DNA of 64,000 nt from assembly GCF_001194135.2 (NCBI RefSeq), contig NC_068981.1, positions 150,657,405-150,721,404 on the forward strand, in the 5' to 3' direction. Below, in pieces: positions 39,736 through 51,617 of the stretch (positions within the stretch are counted from its first letter, which is position 1; every line of letters starts with the position of its first letter). A program made the position numbers and the translations under genes. Under the pieces are notes generated by a model. That model worked only from the letters and a program-made list of their open reading frames with translations. It was not told where the DNA came from and did no database searches. The stretch is from Octopus bimaculoides. Lineage: Eukaryota.

Positions 39736-39779
39736 CACAGAATTGTTAAAGTATCAGACAAAAGGCTCAGTGGTCTTTC

Positions 39780-40105
39780 TTACATTCTGAGTTCAAATTC
39801 ATTTTTTACTGATTAATAAAAAAAAATTATCAGTTGAGTACTGGGGTCAATGTAATTAAGTTACCTCTCCCACTAAAATTTTGGTATTTGTACCAAAATC
39901 TGAAATGTAGGTGGTAAGCTGGTAGAACTGTTAGCAGACCAAGCAAAATACTTAGCAGCATTTCACCCATTTTGACATCCTGAGTTAAAATTCTGCCCCT
40001 TTTGTTGTCATTAAAATCAGTAACCAGTTGAGCACTGGGGTCAATGTAATCGACTTTCCTACACCTAAAAAACTGCTGGACTTATACCAAAATAAAGAAT
40101 ATCAT
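39780..40105 (+). mobile_element. Two tandem family B SINE copies
   Basis: Partial copy 39780-39905, then copy 39910-40105 with a TTA tail. Confidence 0.75.
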
Positions 40106-40572
40106 TATTATTATTACTATTATTATTATTATTATTGTTACTACTGTTGTTGTCTTTAATGAAGAAAGGAAGTATATAAATTAAATCTTGTTTGTCTCGA
40201 GACTAATTTCATTCACATAGCCCAAAATCTTCGTAAGTAATCAAATCTGAACTGTTGCAAGTATTAAGCATCTCTATTTATGTCTTAACAACCACAATTA
40301 TCTTATTTTTATCACTTGGAAACATCTGTTAGATTTTTGAAAGAAATTTCAAATTAGAATAATAATGGTGAGTAACAATAAAATTACTTTTATTGCCACC
40401 ACTTCTGAAGACTCAACATTATCTCCTGTGTGTGCTAGAATATTATATTCAGGTTCATGATCAATTACTGTTGTTTAGCCATGGGTCAGCTCTATGTAGG
40501 CACATCTGTGATCAAAGGCACTCCAGCTCAGACTATCCACTTTTTTTTGTCTGCCTGACTACATCATCTAAT

Positions 40573-40830
40573 GTGAAGGCATGTAGCCTAGTGGTTGTGA
40601 ATATTGCACTCACAATTGCAAAATTATGGTTTCAATTCTGGGGCTGAGCAGTGCATTGTGTTCATGAGCAAAACATGATTTCACATTCTTCCAGTCTACT
40701 CAGCTGTAAATGAGTAACCCTGCAAGGGACTGGCATCCTGTCCAGGAGAGTGATGTTATCTCATTCGCTTATATGCCATAAAACCTAGGTAACCAACTCT
40801 ATGAGTTCAAGGACTCTAGACAGTATTTAC
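40573..40830 (+). mobile_element. tRNA-derived SINE (family E) with CORE-like and V/Mermaid-like central motifs; partial copy at 56830-56990
   Basis: TAGCCTAGTGG A-box, then CCAGTCTACTCAGCTGTAAATGAGTA and ACCCTGCAAGGGACTGGCATCCTGTCCAGG. Confidence 0.65.
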
Positions 40831-41504
40831 TTTTATATTATCTAATGCAATGGATAATGTAGTCTGGCTTGTCACATGCTCTCTGAGACTAGTGCAAAGA
40901 AAGGAAAACATAACCAGAGACCTAGACAGAGTGCTTACAACAGGGTGTACTCTGTTACAGGCAACCAAATACCGGGTGGTGGTGTTAAACCAGGTAATGG
41001 ATTAAATCTATCACCCAAATAGGGTTCAATGAGATTTGAACTCAGACTACAAAGACAGGAACAAATACCACAAGTCATCCAGTACAATGTATCTCCCTGG
41101 TTTGGTATTTTTTTAATTTGTTTTTGAAGTGATTTCCGTAGCAACGCCATCTGAATACAAATAAACATCAACAATAATATGAATAATGTTTCAAATGACT
41201 TGCTAGCTTGGAAAAAATATGCTAAACCAATAAATGAACAAAGCTACAACTGGAAGATATCATTTTATACTGAAGATTATGGCTGCGCAGAGGAAATATC
41301 AGTTTTGGTTCCAAACAAAATCATCATAGAGGAATCATGGTAATATCATTAATATCAGTAACAAGAATTTGGTTGCTATTTTTAGCAGTTTGAGGAAAGA
41401 CGTAGAGGTTACATCTTTAGATTGCATGTCTTCTTTTTTCATATATATTCTGATTCCTAAATTTCTGTCATATTATACCCTATTATCAATTTTTCATTTT
41501 TATC

Positions 41505-41898
41505 TTTTACTTGTTCTTATTTCAGTCATTAGACTGGCCATGCTAAGGAACTGCCTTGAAGAATTTTTAGTTGAATGAATCGACACCAGTACTACTTATT
41601 TTTTTTAAAGCTTTTTTAAATGCTATCTGTCTCTTTTGCTAAACTGCTAAATTAAAGGGATGTGAAAAAGAAAACCAACACTGGTTGTCAAGTGGTGGTG
41701 GGGGATAAACACAAAGTCACATACACTCACAAACAACGAGCTTCTTTCAGTTTCCATCTACCAAATCCAGTTACAAGGCTTTGATCAGCCTGCGGCTATA
41801 GTAGAAGATACTTTCCCAAGGTGCCATGCAATGGAACTGAACCGGGAACTATGTGGTTGGCAAGCAAGCTTCTTACCACATAGCCACACCTGTACCTA
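41505..41898 (-). mobile_element. Family A SINE
   Basis: Reverse complement of family A. Confidence 0.85.
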
Positions 41899-42502
41899 TC
41901 TTCAATAAAAAAAATGGATATATTTGACAATGTGATCCTAGATATAAAAAATAAAAAGGAAGGTCATAGATGGAATGTTTTTGTTTTTAGGTATACTCAT
42001 TCAGGGTTAACTGACTTAGGGTTAAACAAGAACAAAAGGTACATGAATGCAGAAAACCAGAAATGAAAAAACAATCTGTGGATGTAACTTGCAATGTTTA
42101 GTCCTATATTGCTTAGAACATTTTAGGTGAAAATACAAAGGATTAAAATAAATGTGTTTCTACCAAGATAATAAACAAATTAACACAAGAGAAAAAATTT
42201 CAAGAGTTTGGCATAAATAGACTATTAGTGTCACTTAGTTTTATATAACAGTGGGTTATTAAAATCATCCACTGCACAAAAAGTGCCTAAAGATTATGAA
42301 AATAAAATATTAGAATTTCAATATACTTGAAAATTAATGCATAAAAAATAAATTTACAATAAAACTATCTTATTATGCTGAAGGTACAGAATTACAAGTG
42401 ATTGATTTTAGAGCAGAAAATTCAGCCTAAAGAAAAAAAATAAATCCATGTGGTGTTGTTCACATTTATTGAAATGACGATTAACAAAGCTGGAACTAAT
42501 TT

Positions 42503-42685
42503 ATCATCATCATTGTTTAACGTCCTTCTTCCATGCTAGCATGGGTGGGACGGTACCACAAGAACCAGTCAGGCTGAAGCCTGCACCAGACTTCTGTGAC
42601 TATTTTGGCAGGATTTTTACAGTTGGATGCCCTTCCTAACACCAACCACTCAGCAGAGTGGACTTAGTGCTTTTACATGGCACTC
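42503..42685 (-). mobile_element. RTE 3' tail
   Basis: CATCAT..GTTTAACGTCC...GGATGCCCTTCCTAACACCAACCACT. Confidence 0.8.
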
Positions 42686-43376
42686 TCTTCTATCAGTTCA
42701 GGTTACTCAAAAGCATAACCAATAAGAAGAAAATGTGAGGACTGAAAACAGTTATTTTTCCAAGGATTTGAGAAGTTGAATGCAGCCTTTAGGTATGTTT
42801 GAATAAACCATTTAAGGAAAATGTATGAAATCAATAGAGAAACAGATAAGAGAGTCATATCAGAACCTTATATCAACAGGAAAAAGAGAAAAGTTACTGT
42901 TATACAGGTATATATGAAGTGAAAGGAATTTAAGTATATAATTAGTTATGGCTTTGATGGCTCCGAAGTCAATGCATTGTTTAAAAATGGTGATACCAGA
43001 AGTAATGATGTTGATTTTGTTCAGTTTTTGGTCATGCTATGAAGATTATACTAGATATTTTTGTCAAAGAACATAACTACTTGTAGTAAAATGTATCGGT
43101 CACCTGCTTTTTATAAAATGACTTTTCTTATAGTTATATTCTACATCATTGCAGTGTCACTTTAGTTGTGTAAGAATCTACAAAAACTGTTACAATCAAT
43201 TGCTCTTTGTTTATCTTTTAATAGCTATATCTATTATAAATCATGAAAATGTCTGGTTGTGCTTCTGTAGTTTGGTCATTGATATAATTTCACAGCATCA
43301 AATCACTTTCCAAATAACTACAAGCTGAAATAAACTTCTGTTTTTCCTTATAATGTTTAATTTATTTATCACAATA

Positions 43377-43825
43377 GGCACAAGTGTGTTTGTGTGATTA
43401 AGAAACTTGCTTCTCAACCATGTGATCTCAGGCTCGGTCCATAGTGTGGCCAACCAACACCTTATGAGTGTATATGGTAGACAGAAATTGTAATAAACTT
43501 GTTGCATGCACATGCATGTGTGTTTGTGTGCATGTGTGTGTATGCATGCGTGAATGTATTTGTTTGGTTGTGCCCCAGTCTGGATATCACGTGGTTGTTG
43601 TCTATGAGTAACCACCATCATACAAGCAATGTAGTACGTTTCCAATCTTCCATGAAAAGATGTCTGAGCATAGGGAAATATTATCTTATTTAGAAACAGG
43701 TGATGGATGGTTGGTGACAGGAAGGACATCCTGCTGCAGAAAATATCTGCTTCAACAAATCCTATCTGACCCATGCAAGCATAGAAAGTGAATGCAAAAA
43801 GAGGATGATGATGATGATGATGATG
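43377..43825 (+). mobile_element. Family D SINE: family-A-type head and hinge followed by an RTE-like 3' module and (GAT)n
   Basis: Head as in family A; 3' part ...GGTTGGTGACAGGAAGGACATC...CCCATGCAAGCATAGAAAGTG..(GAT)n. Copies at 57055-57405 (-) and 61470-63345 (-, interrupted). Confidence 0.8.
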
Positions 43826-44938
43826 TAAATAACAATTTGGTCATATTTGATTTTTTTGCTTTGTGGTTCAAACTATATTGGCAGTTGCTTATTTTTTGTT
43901 TCTTTTTTAATCTAAATAATAACATGACTACTTTTATTTTCTCTTGTAAATGACAGTCATATTGCTAAAAGGTTATTCTTTTCAAAAACCTGCCATCATT
44001 GTTGCGTCTTTTATGCAGGCTTATTTCTGCAATGCAGTAATTATATGTTTCAATAAACATTAACTCCTCGAAGTACAAGAAAAAATTACTTTTTCTTTAT
44101 ATATCTTTACTGAAATAAGTGAAATGGAGAGTGTATAATATACCCTTGTTCCTTATATATCAACTACAATAAATCCAGCAAGCAACATATGACCTGTTAA
44201 TGTGTGTATATGAAGCTTGAAGATTCAAGGAAAAAAATTAAAGGCTGAAATTGCTTTATACTGGTTTTCCTATATTCATAGAAAGAACTGAAATTACCAC
44301 AGCAGCTAACAATGGAGGCTCTAATATTGGCTAGAAATAGTTATCAAGTCTCCTTCAAATTACATCATCCTCTTCTAAGAGAAAAGACACACTAGATAAT
44401 GTAGTTTGTGATACACTATTTCTGAAAATAAGATGATCATGGCCTGAATGCTTTCATTAAACTGTGTAACACGATTTTTGTCCTTGTGTAACAACTGCTA
44501 TTTCCTATTTGCCTAGCCCAAAAAAGTATGAAAAATGGCTAATATTTCCTTCCAACTTTGCTTTGTTACATTTATTTAAACCCCAAAGAATCCCTCTCAA
44601 CACATGGCTACAATGCTCTCCCACTATTCCTGTTCATGATCAGTGATGCACATACTGCCAGTCACTAAGGTACATGCACAAGTGGTTAAGGTCAAGCAAC
44701 TGACAACCATATCTGTGGTACTGAGCAGAATATTTACGATAAGGATATTTCTGCTTCAACAACTCAGCACTGAATCTATCTGAAATGTAATGGAAAATAA
44801 ATCAGTTTCAATACATTAATGTCCAAAAGCAAAGTTTGAAGGGAATAGTAGTCATTTCCTTTGATTTCTAAAGAGAAGCAAATAGGTGTTTACCAAGGCT
44901 ATACCTAATACAAAAATCTACCAGTGCGTCTTCAGGCT

Positions 44939-45216
44939 ATTTATCTTATTGTTATTATTATTAACAGATCAAAGTTAAAAATACATATCATAAGTCATCA
45001 TCATCATTGTTTAACGTCCGCTTTCCATGCTCATATAAAATAGAAAAATAAGAATATGAATAAAAATATAATNNNNNNNNNNATTTATCTTATTGTTATT
45101 ATTATTAACAGATCAAAGTTAAAAATACATATCATAAGTCATCATCATCATTGTTTAACGTCCGCTTTCCATGCTCATATAAAATAGAAAAATAAGAATA
45201 TGAATAAAAATATAAT
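44939..45216. other. Identical 134-bp duplication either side of a 10-N gap (probable contig-overlap artefact)
   Basis: 44939-45072 equals 45083-45216; N at 45073-45082. Confidence 0.85.
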
Positions 45217-45492
45217 AAAAATATATAAATTGCAAATATATTTTTAAAAATTAAAAAAAATTAATAAAATTTTAAAAACTAAACACCTAAAATTACATTA
45301 CCGATATATATATATATAGAAAATGCTAAACCTAAGGAAACCCTCAACGGCTATATTATAAACACATCAAATCTTACAACCTATCTATATAAACATAATG
45401 GGAATTAGTAATTTAATGCAAGATTTACTACTATCTATACAAGTATAAATTATCATTCTCCGTCTCTCCTTCTTTGAACTTTTTCTATATTT

Positions 45493-45521
45493 CTGATGAA
45501 GAGCTTCGCTCAAAACATGTA
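45493..45521 (+). ncRNA. Decayed hammerhead-like motif in a probable Penelope pLTR relic
   Basis: CTGATGA-A-GAGC[TTC]GCTC-AAAA-CATGT-A. GAAA has become AAAA (CpG-type decay); ACATGT is palindromic; stem I is not evident. Confidence 0.4.
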
Positions 45522-45621
45522 TTGTACTATGTATTCTATATGTTTTGTAGAATGATACATTAAGGAGATTTTTTTCTGAGTTCTACCAAATTATTTGAAT
45601 TCATATACTTTGACTTAAATT

Positions 45622-45663
<42 letters not shown>

Positions 45664-46741
45664 CACAGAGTATATATAGTTTTTTTTTTATGTGTTTGCA
45701 GTTGAGATACAACAGATACACATTAGTTGCGTGCTTACTAATTCCTCAGGAATCAAAAAATTCCCTTACATAAAAAACAGATAAAGGTAGGTGACAAGAA
45801 AAAATATCTCTCCATAAAAATCCTGCCTCAACAACCTACTTTCTGAAATGAAAATAGACATTAAACAACTGAATTAATTAACAAATGTGTAATGCCATTA
45901 TAAAAAGTGTATTGTCATTGTTTACAAGTTATATGTCTTCAGTTAATACATTACTTTAAAGCAGTATTTGTTAAATAAATTTTATTATATTTTTTCAGTG
46001 ACATTCCCCTTTTAAACAACCCTCAGGTTTTAGAAGTTATTTTATATTTCCAATTTTAAGAAATAGTTATTTATAGTTTGAAAAAAATCTAAACTGCTGG
46101 GAATTATGAACTATGGTCATGGAAACATCACAGAGACAAAATAATGATTATCAACATTTTAGATTCAGTAGTCAAACATATTATTGACTTAGATACTAAC
46201 AGATTTCTCAGTTTTATAACTAAACTAATGAAAATTACCATTAAAAGATCATAAACTATATTTTAATAAACATCAGTGCTGTGATCAACTTATCTGCTCA
46301 CACTTTCATGCAAAAAATGAAAAAGAAAAAACAGTATTATTAGTAGTGGTATTGTTTTCATTATTATTAATATCATCTTCATCTTTATTTTCTCGTTGAT
46401 TATGCCAGAAATATCTAAAGCAATTTAACGATTTAAAGTCGAAAGGTTAACTTCAATAGATGCGTAAATAATGCAATAGGATGGGCAGAGAGGACAAAAG
46501 CAACAAAGAAACAGCCTAATAATCACGACACATATTGAGTAAAGTTGTATTATTAATCTCTTGTTTGGCATCCACTGGCTATATTGCCTCGGAGATAACA
46601 GCTTCGATCTTACTGACTAACTCTAGGAATCTGCCGAAATAGAATCCTTTTAAGAAGTGCTGCACTGTCGACCAGACTACACGCCACTGACATAAATTTG
46701 GCACATTACCCGAATAATATTAGTGATTTTCTAATATATGT

Positions 46742-46772
<31 letters not shown>

Positions 46773-47165
46773 TACATGCACTCACACATACATACATTTT
46801 CATCTCATGCAGAAAATTTCCAAATAAAATGGAAGAAAAGTGATGGAGCCATATCTTCTGAATACACATAATAAACCTTCATAATGATTGAAACACAATA
46901 TTGGGAATGCATAAATAAATGTCTACAGCCTTGGGTTCCAATTTTAGAAGAGTTATTTTGAATTCAATTCTGTAATGTTCTGTGCTGTCTATCTAATGCA
47001 GATTTCTTATATGTTCTTGTGTACGCATTCTAGCATTCTCATTTGCACACATAAACATAAATACACATATACAATTTCAGATACACATTCACACAGACAC
47101 ATGCATATACAAGCATGTGTTCACCAAAGGTTAGTTGTCATACAATTATAGTTATATAATTAAAT

Positions 47166-47205
<40 letters not shown>

Positions 47206-47219
47206 GCGCGCGCAAATAC

Positions 47220-47254
<35 letters not shown>

Positions 47255-47534
47255 CACACACACACATATTCTTTTTAGAGTTTAGCCAGAAGAGGAAGGG
47301 TAACACCTATAACCTTTGCAGAATTTCTGAGAATGGTGAGTGGAGTGGGATAAACCACTCGCCATGAGTTGTTGCAGTAGGAAATACTACATCAAGATAT
47401 CCAGTTATCTTCTGTTTGTAACAGCATGGACTTGCTAAAGATATGCAATCATCAAAACATAATATTTGTTCTTGAGGATACTCTGCAACTCACTAAGTTT
47501 GTTGGGACTATGGGACTGAAATAACACACACAAT

Positions 47535-47567
<33 letters not shown>

Positions 47568-47642
47568 GTGTGCAAATAAGCAATAAACATGAAGAACACG
47601 CAGGAAATTTATATATAGAGAGATTATATATATATATTTTCT

Positions 47643-48000
47643 TGGATGCCTAGGAGGTTCCCTACAAATTGTAGATGGTTTCTTTTATCTAGGTGACCTA
47701 ACAAGCAATAGAGGAGGAAGTTCTGAAAACTGGAAGTATAGCTGCTAGAATAAAAAGAGACAGGAGAAAGTTCAGAGAACTATTACCTCTGTTGGTAACA
47801 AAAGGTCTCCATTTCCAAATGAAAGGTAAAGTGTATGCTCTTTGTGTATGAGTAGCAATGGTACACGGTAGTAAGACATGGACACTGAATGCAAAGAGCA
47901 TGCGAAGATTAGAAAGAATGAAGCTCGGAAGCTTTGTCTGATGTGGAGCATCATGGTGCATGTATGACAAAGTGCAATTATGTTGAGAGAAATCATTAGA
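47643..48000 (+). mobile_element. RTE LINE RT C-terminal fragment
   Basis: GGSLQIVDGFFYLGDL...IAARIKRDRRKFRELLPLLVTKG...KGKVYALCV..MVHGSKTW..MRRLERN. Confidence 0.85.
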
Positions 48001-49061
48001 GACAACTCTTGACATATGTCGAAGTTATAATGATCTCATAAGCAGAGGTATAAAGTGCAACAAACTTGCTGAAGTAGTGATAGTAGAACCACTTAGTAAA
48101 TATACAAGATTTACACTTTTTGACACAGAAAGATAGTAATGTTTTAGGCAATGGTTGTGAAGCCAAGTGCCACAGATTACCGGTGCACTGAAATAGGTGT
48201 ATAGCAAAACTGTGGATTTATGAATGTATAATTTAAGGCTTCAGAAAATTCATCCTAATCCAAGAGTTTATTATTACTTTTGCATTTTTTTTTAAAACTA
48301 TGTTGTTCACAGTTGTTATATACAACTGTGATTACTAAAACAATGCAAGTACTAGTTTCATTCTTTTTATAAATTTTTAGCTTTAGGAAATAGTTTTCTA
48401 TTTAAAATTTCCAGGTAAAGTGCACAAGAACTATTTTTTTATATTTCAAGAATGCCAAAAAATAAACAGATTAAATGCCATTGGTTTGGATAATGAATAA
48501 CTCAAAGTCAATGAAGAAAATAATGATTGTAGTGGTGTTTGTAATAATGATGATGATGTTGATGTTATGAGGTCATGGTAATGAAAACAAATGCTAAAAT
48601 CTTTAAAATATTTGAAATCTAAGGAAACGTGGAACAATCAAAATGAAAAAAGTGATTAAAAGTAACTATCTCTAAAATAGCATATGACCCATTGATAAAA
48701 ATAAATCAATGAACTGACTACATTTGTTTACAACTGAAGCATAAAATTTCGATTCAATGCAGCATCTTTAAATACTATGAATGTACATTTGATATTCAAG
48801 CAGCAACACATCAGCAAGTCATTAGAGAGTCCCTTGACCTGACAGAAATAGCATTGAAATCTCCTTCATATCACATCTTGATATTTGAAACTAAATAACC
48901 TGAGCAGTGTGGATCCTGATACACAAAAAAAATGAAACAGTCATGACTAGATCCTTTTTGATTATAGCTATGTTGAATGGGGACAGATCTGGGGTGAAAC
49001 AACAATGTTGACCAGACACTTTACCATTTTACATAAATAATGCAATTATGGCCTGTTATTT

Positions 49062-49204
49062 AACTGAAATATTGCTAGAACCTCTTATCTAATTTAGACA
49101 ATGCTAAAGCTTCTATCTAATTCAAATAACGTTAAACCTAGCATTTAATTTAAATAATGCGAGAGCCTTACAGCTAGTTCAAATAATGTTGAAGCCTCTT
49201 GCCT
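49062..49204. repeat. Diverged 28-29-bp minisatellite x5
   Basis: Units start at 49062, 49091, 49119, 49147 and 49176; consensus approximately AATTYAAATAATGYTRAAGCCTCTTAYCT. Confidence 0.7.
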
Positions 49205-50363
49205 ATTTCAATCTAGCATGAAATAAAACTATCCACTTGAATACTCTTAGTTCTTTCACCAACAAACAGCTTTCAGTCTTTTGGGTTTTTTCTTTTTTTT
49301 CTTTCTTGGCTCTTTGTCAAAATGCGTCATCTGTTTGGTGGTATGAAGAAAAACTTTTTCAAGAAGACAACTGAAGGAGGATGCAGTTCTTGACAAGATT
49401 AATAGAGTGTTTAATTTATTGGTTTGTGCTGAAGAAGGACAGAAGAGAGAATGAGGAAAAGTGAAAAGGTTGATTCATTAACTAGTCACAGTTGTGAAGT
49501 TCCATATCAAATTTAATCAAACAGCTCCAAAGACACAAAGGTAAATGTTTAAAGGACTGAATGTGACCTACACATCTGCTGATACAGATATACTATACTT
49601 CTGTATTATGCATCAGTAAAAGCAATAACTAAGATGGGGACACTACTCCAACTAATACATAATATAAAAATTCCTGATCTCAGAAATATAGAATTGTATA
49701 CGATACTTCTACCTAACTGAGAGTCATATGACATACCCCTGGAGGCAATCATTCCCACTCACTTCAAAGAAAAGTCACTTAAATGATTGGTATGAGATTA
49801 CTCACCAACTCACTCAAACTTCTGACTAACAGAAGTTGGAGTGTGTTATAACCTCTCTCTGGTTCTACAGCTGCAACGTTAACTTCAGCTCCTTGGGAGT
49901 GGCTAATCTCATGACACCCCAACGCAAGCATTCCAGATTTACTGATCTTTCTTAACCTCACCATCCAGTATCCACCCCCAAGTCTAGGTCCAAGCCCTGC
50001 ATTACCCATCATACCTTGTCCTTCCTTCTCAGTATGACAGCTCTTTGTAATTACCTTCTTGCAGTCGTTTTCTTTCTGCAGCTGCCAACTTGCAGCTAAT
50101 CTAGAAGAATGTTAACAATATTGATATAGGGGAACCTTACCGCACATCAGCTTCAGAAGGCCTGTTAACAAAAACTGAAGGATACATGTAGTTGTTGATA
50201 TCCCTAAAAAGACAGAATGGTCATGGCTGGAATGTCTTTGATCATAGATTTACACAATCTGCACCAGATTGTTACTAAACAACAAAAAAATACTGACATA
50301 AGAAACACATAGGCATATTAGATATCAACAAATACATTTACCCATCAATTCTTTTTAACATTA

Positions 50364-50556
50364 AGATGGCGAGCTGGCAGAAATGTTAGCATGCCAGGCG
50401 AAATGCTTAGTGGCATTTCATCTGTCTTTACGTTCTGAGTTCAGATTCCACCGAGGTCAACTTTGCCTTTCATCCTTTCAGGGTCGATTAATTAAGTACC
50501 AGTTACGCCCTGGAGTCGAGCTAATCGACTGGCCCCTTCCAAAAAAATTTCGAATT
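50364..50556 (+). mobile_element. Family B SINE, well preserved
   Basis: GGCGAGCTGGCAGAAATGTTAGC...CTTTCATCCTTTCAGGGTCGATTAATTAAGTACCAG. Confidence 0.9.
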
Positions 50557-51512
50557 TTTTTAACATGGGGTGTTTGATTTTGAGGGAGAGTTGGTTATGA
50601 TTTCTAGCAAATCAATTAACCACATGTAACTTCTCATATAAACTCATAAGTCAGTGTTTACAAAGCTTACTCATCAAGTGGGCTGATTTTTTCCCCCTGT
50701 ATGTTCAAAGTCTAGAATATAAATATACAGGATTAGTGCTCTAATGCACATTGTATTTGCTCATTAGAGGATTAGCAGTGGCTTCATTGGTAAAAAAAAA
50801 TTTCTTGGCCACAAACCCAAACCCTCCAATCATTATGATGTCATTTTAACAATGTTTAGTCATTCAATCATTCAAGCTGAGATCTACTGAGAAGTCTTTT
50901 TTTTTTTATATATGTACAAACTCCCCCTCCATCCTATCAAGAGAATTATGGAAGTAAATCAATAGAAATCTACAATGAAACAAGCAGAACAAAAACTGAG
51001 AGGGTGTATATAGAAAGATGACTATTGAACTATTGCACTCCTATTTCTGATAAAACAATTACAAATCAATTAAGAGTTCAACTGCTTGTTAGACATAAAG
51101 GTCATGATCACAGAAGTTTTGAGATCAACTGAACATTATTCATTAGAAAGCAACAATAACTAATGAGGCTAGTTTACTGGCAACTATTCATGACCAGTGT
51201 ATTATATGTTTAATTTATTAATGAACAATTAATTAAGGTAATTTGTGATTGTAAACAGAAGGTAAAGGCAATGGAGAGTTTTTGCATCAGTGCTTCATGT
51301 TATGTTGTTTGTTGTTTTCTTTGTATTTGATTTTTCTTTTGCTTGCTTGTTTCTACAACTGGTTATACAGGTAACATGAAAGTCAATATATATTGGAATT
51401 ATTGATGAATGTAATCAACATTAAGTCAAAATAGCTTCACATTGTATTTGGTTCAATTCTACTAGATAAGTGAAAGCTTATCTCCCTCCATTTTTCTCCC
51501 ACTTACTCATTT

Positions 51513-51536
51513 TATATATATATATATATGTATATA

Positions 51537-51614
<78 letters not shown>
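51513..51614. repeat. (TA)n microsatellite; other long arrays include (CA)n 16903-16963, (GA)n 34542-34637, (TA)n 53847-53907 and (GA)n 63901-64000
   Basis: Read directly. Confidence 0.95.

Positions 51615-51617
<3 letters not shown>

Noticed and set aside
44939-45216. Tandem duplication
   Set aside because: Identical copies either side of a 10-N gap; most likely an unmerged contig overlap.
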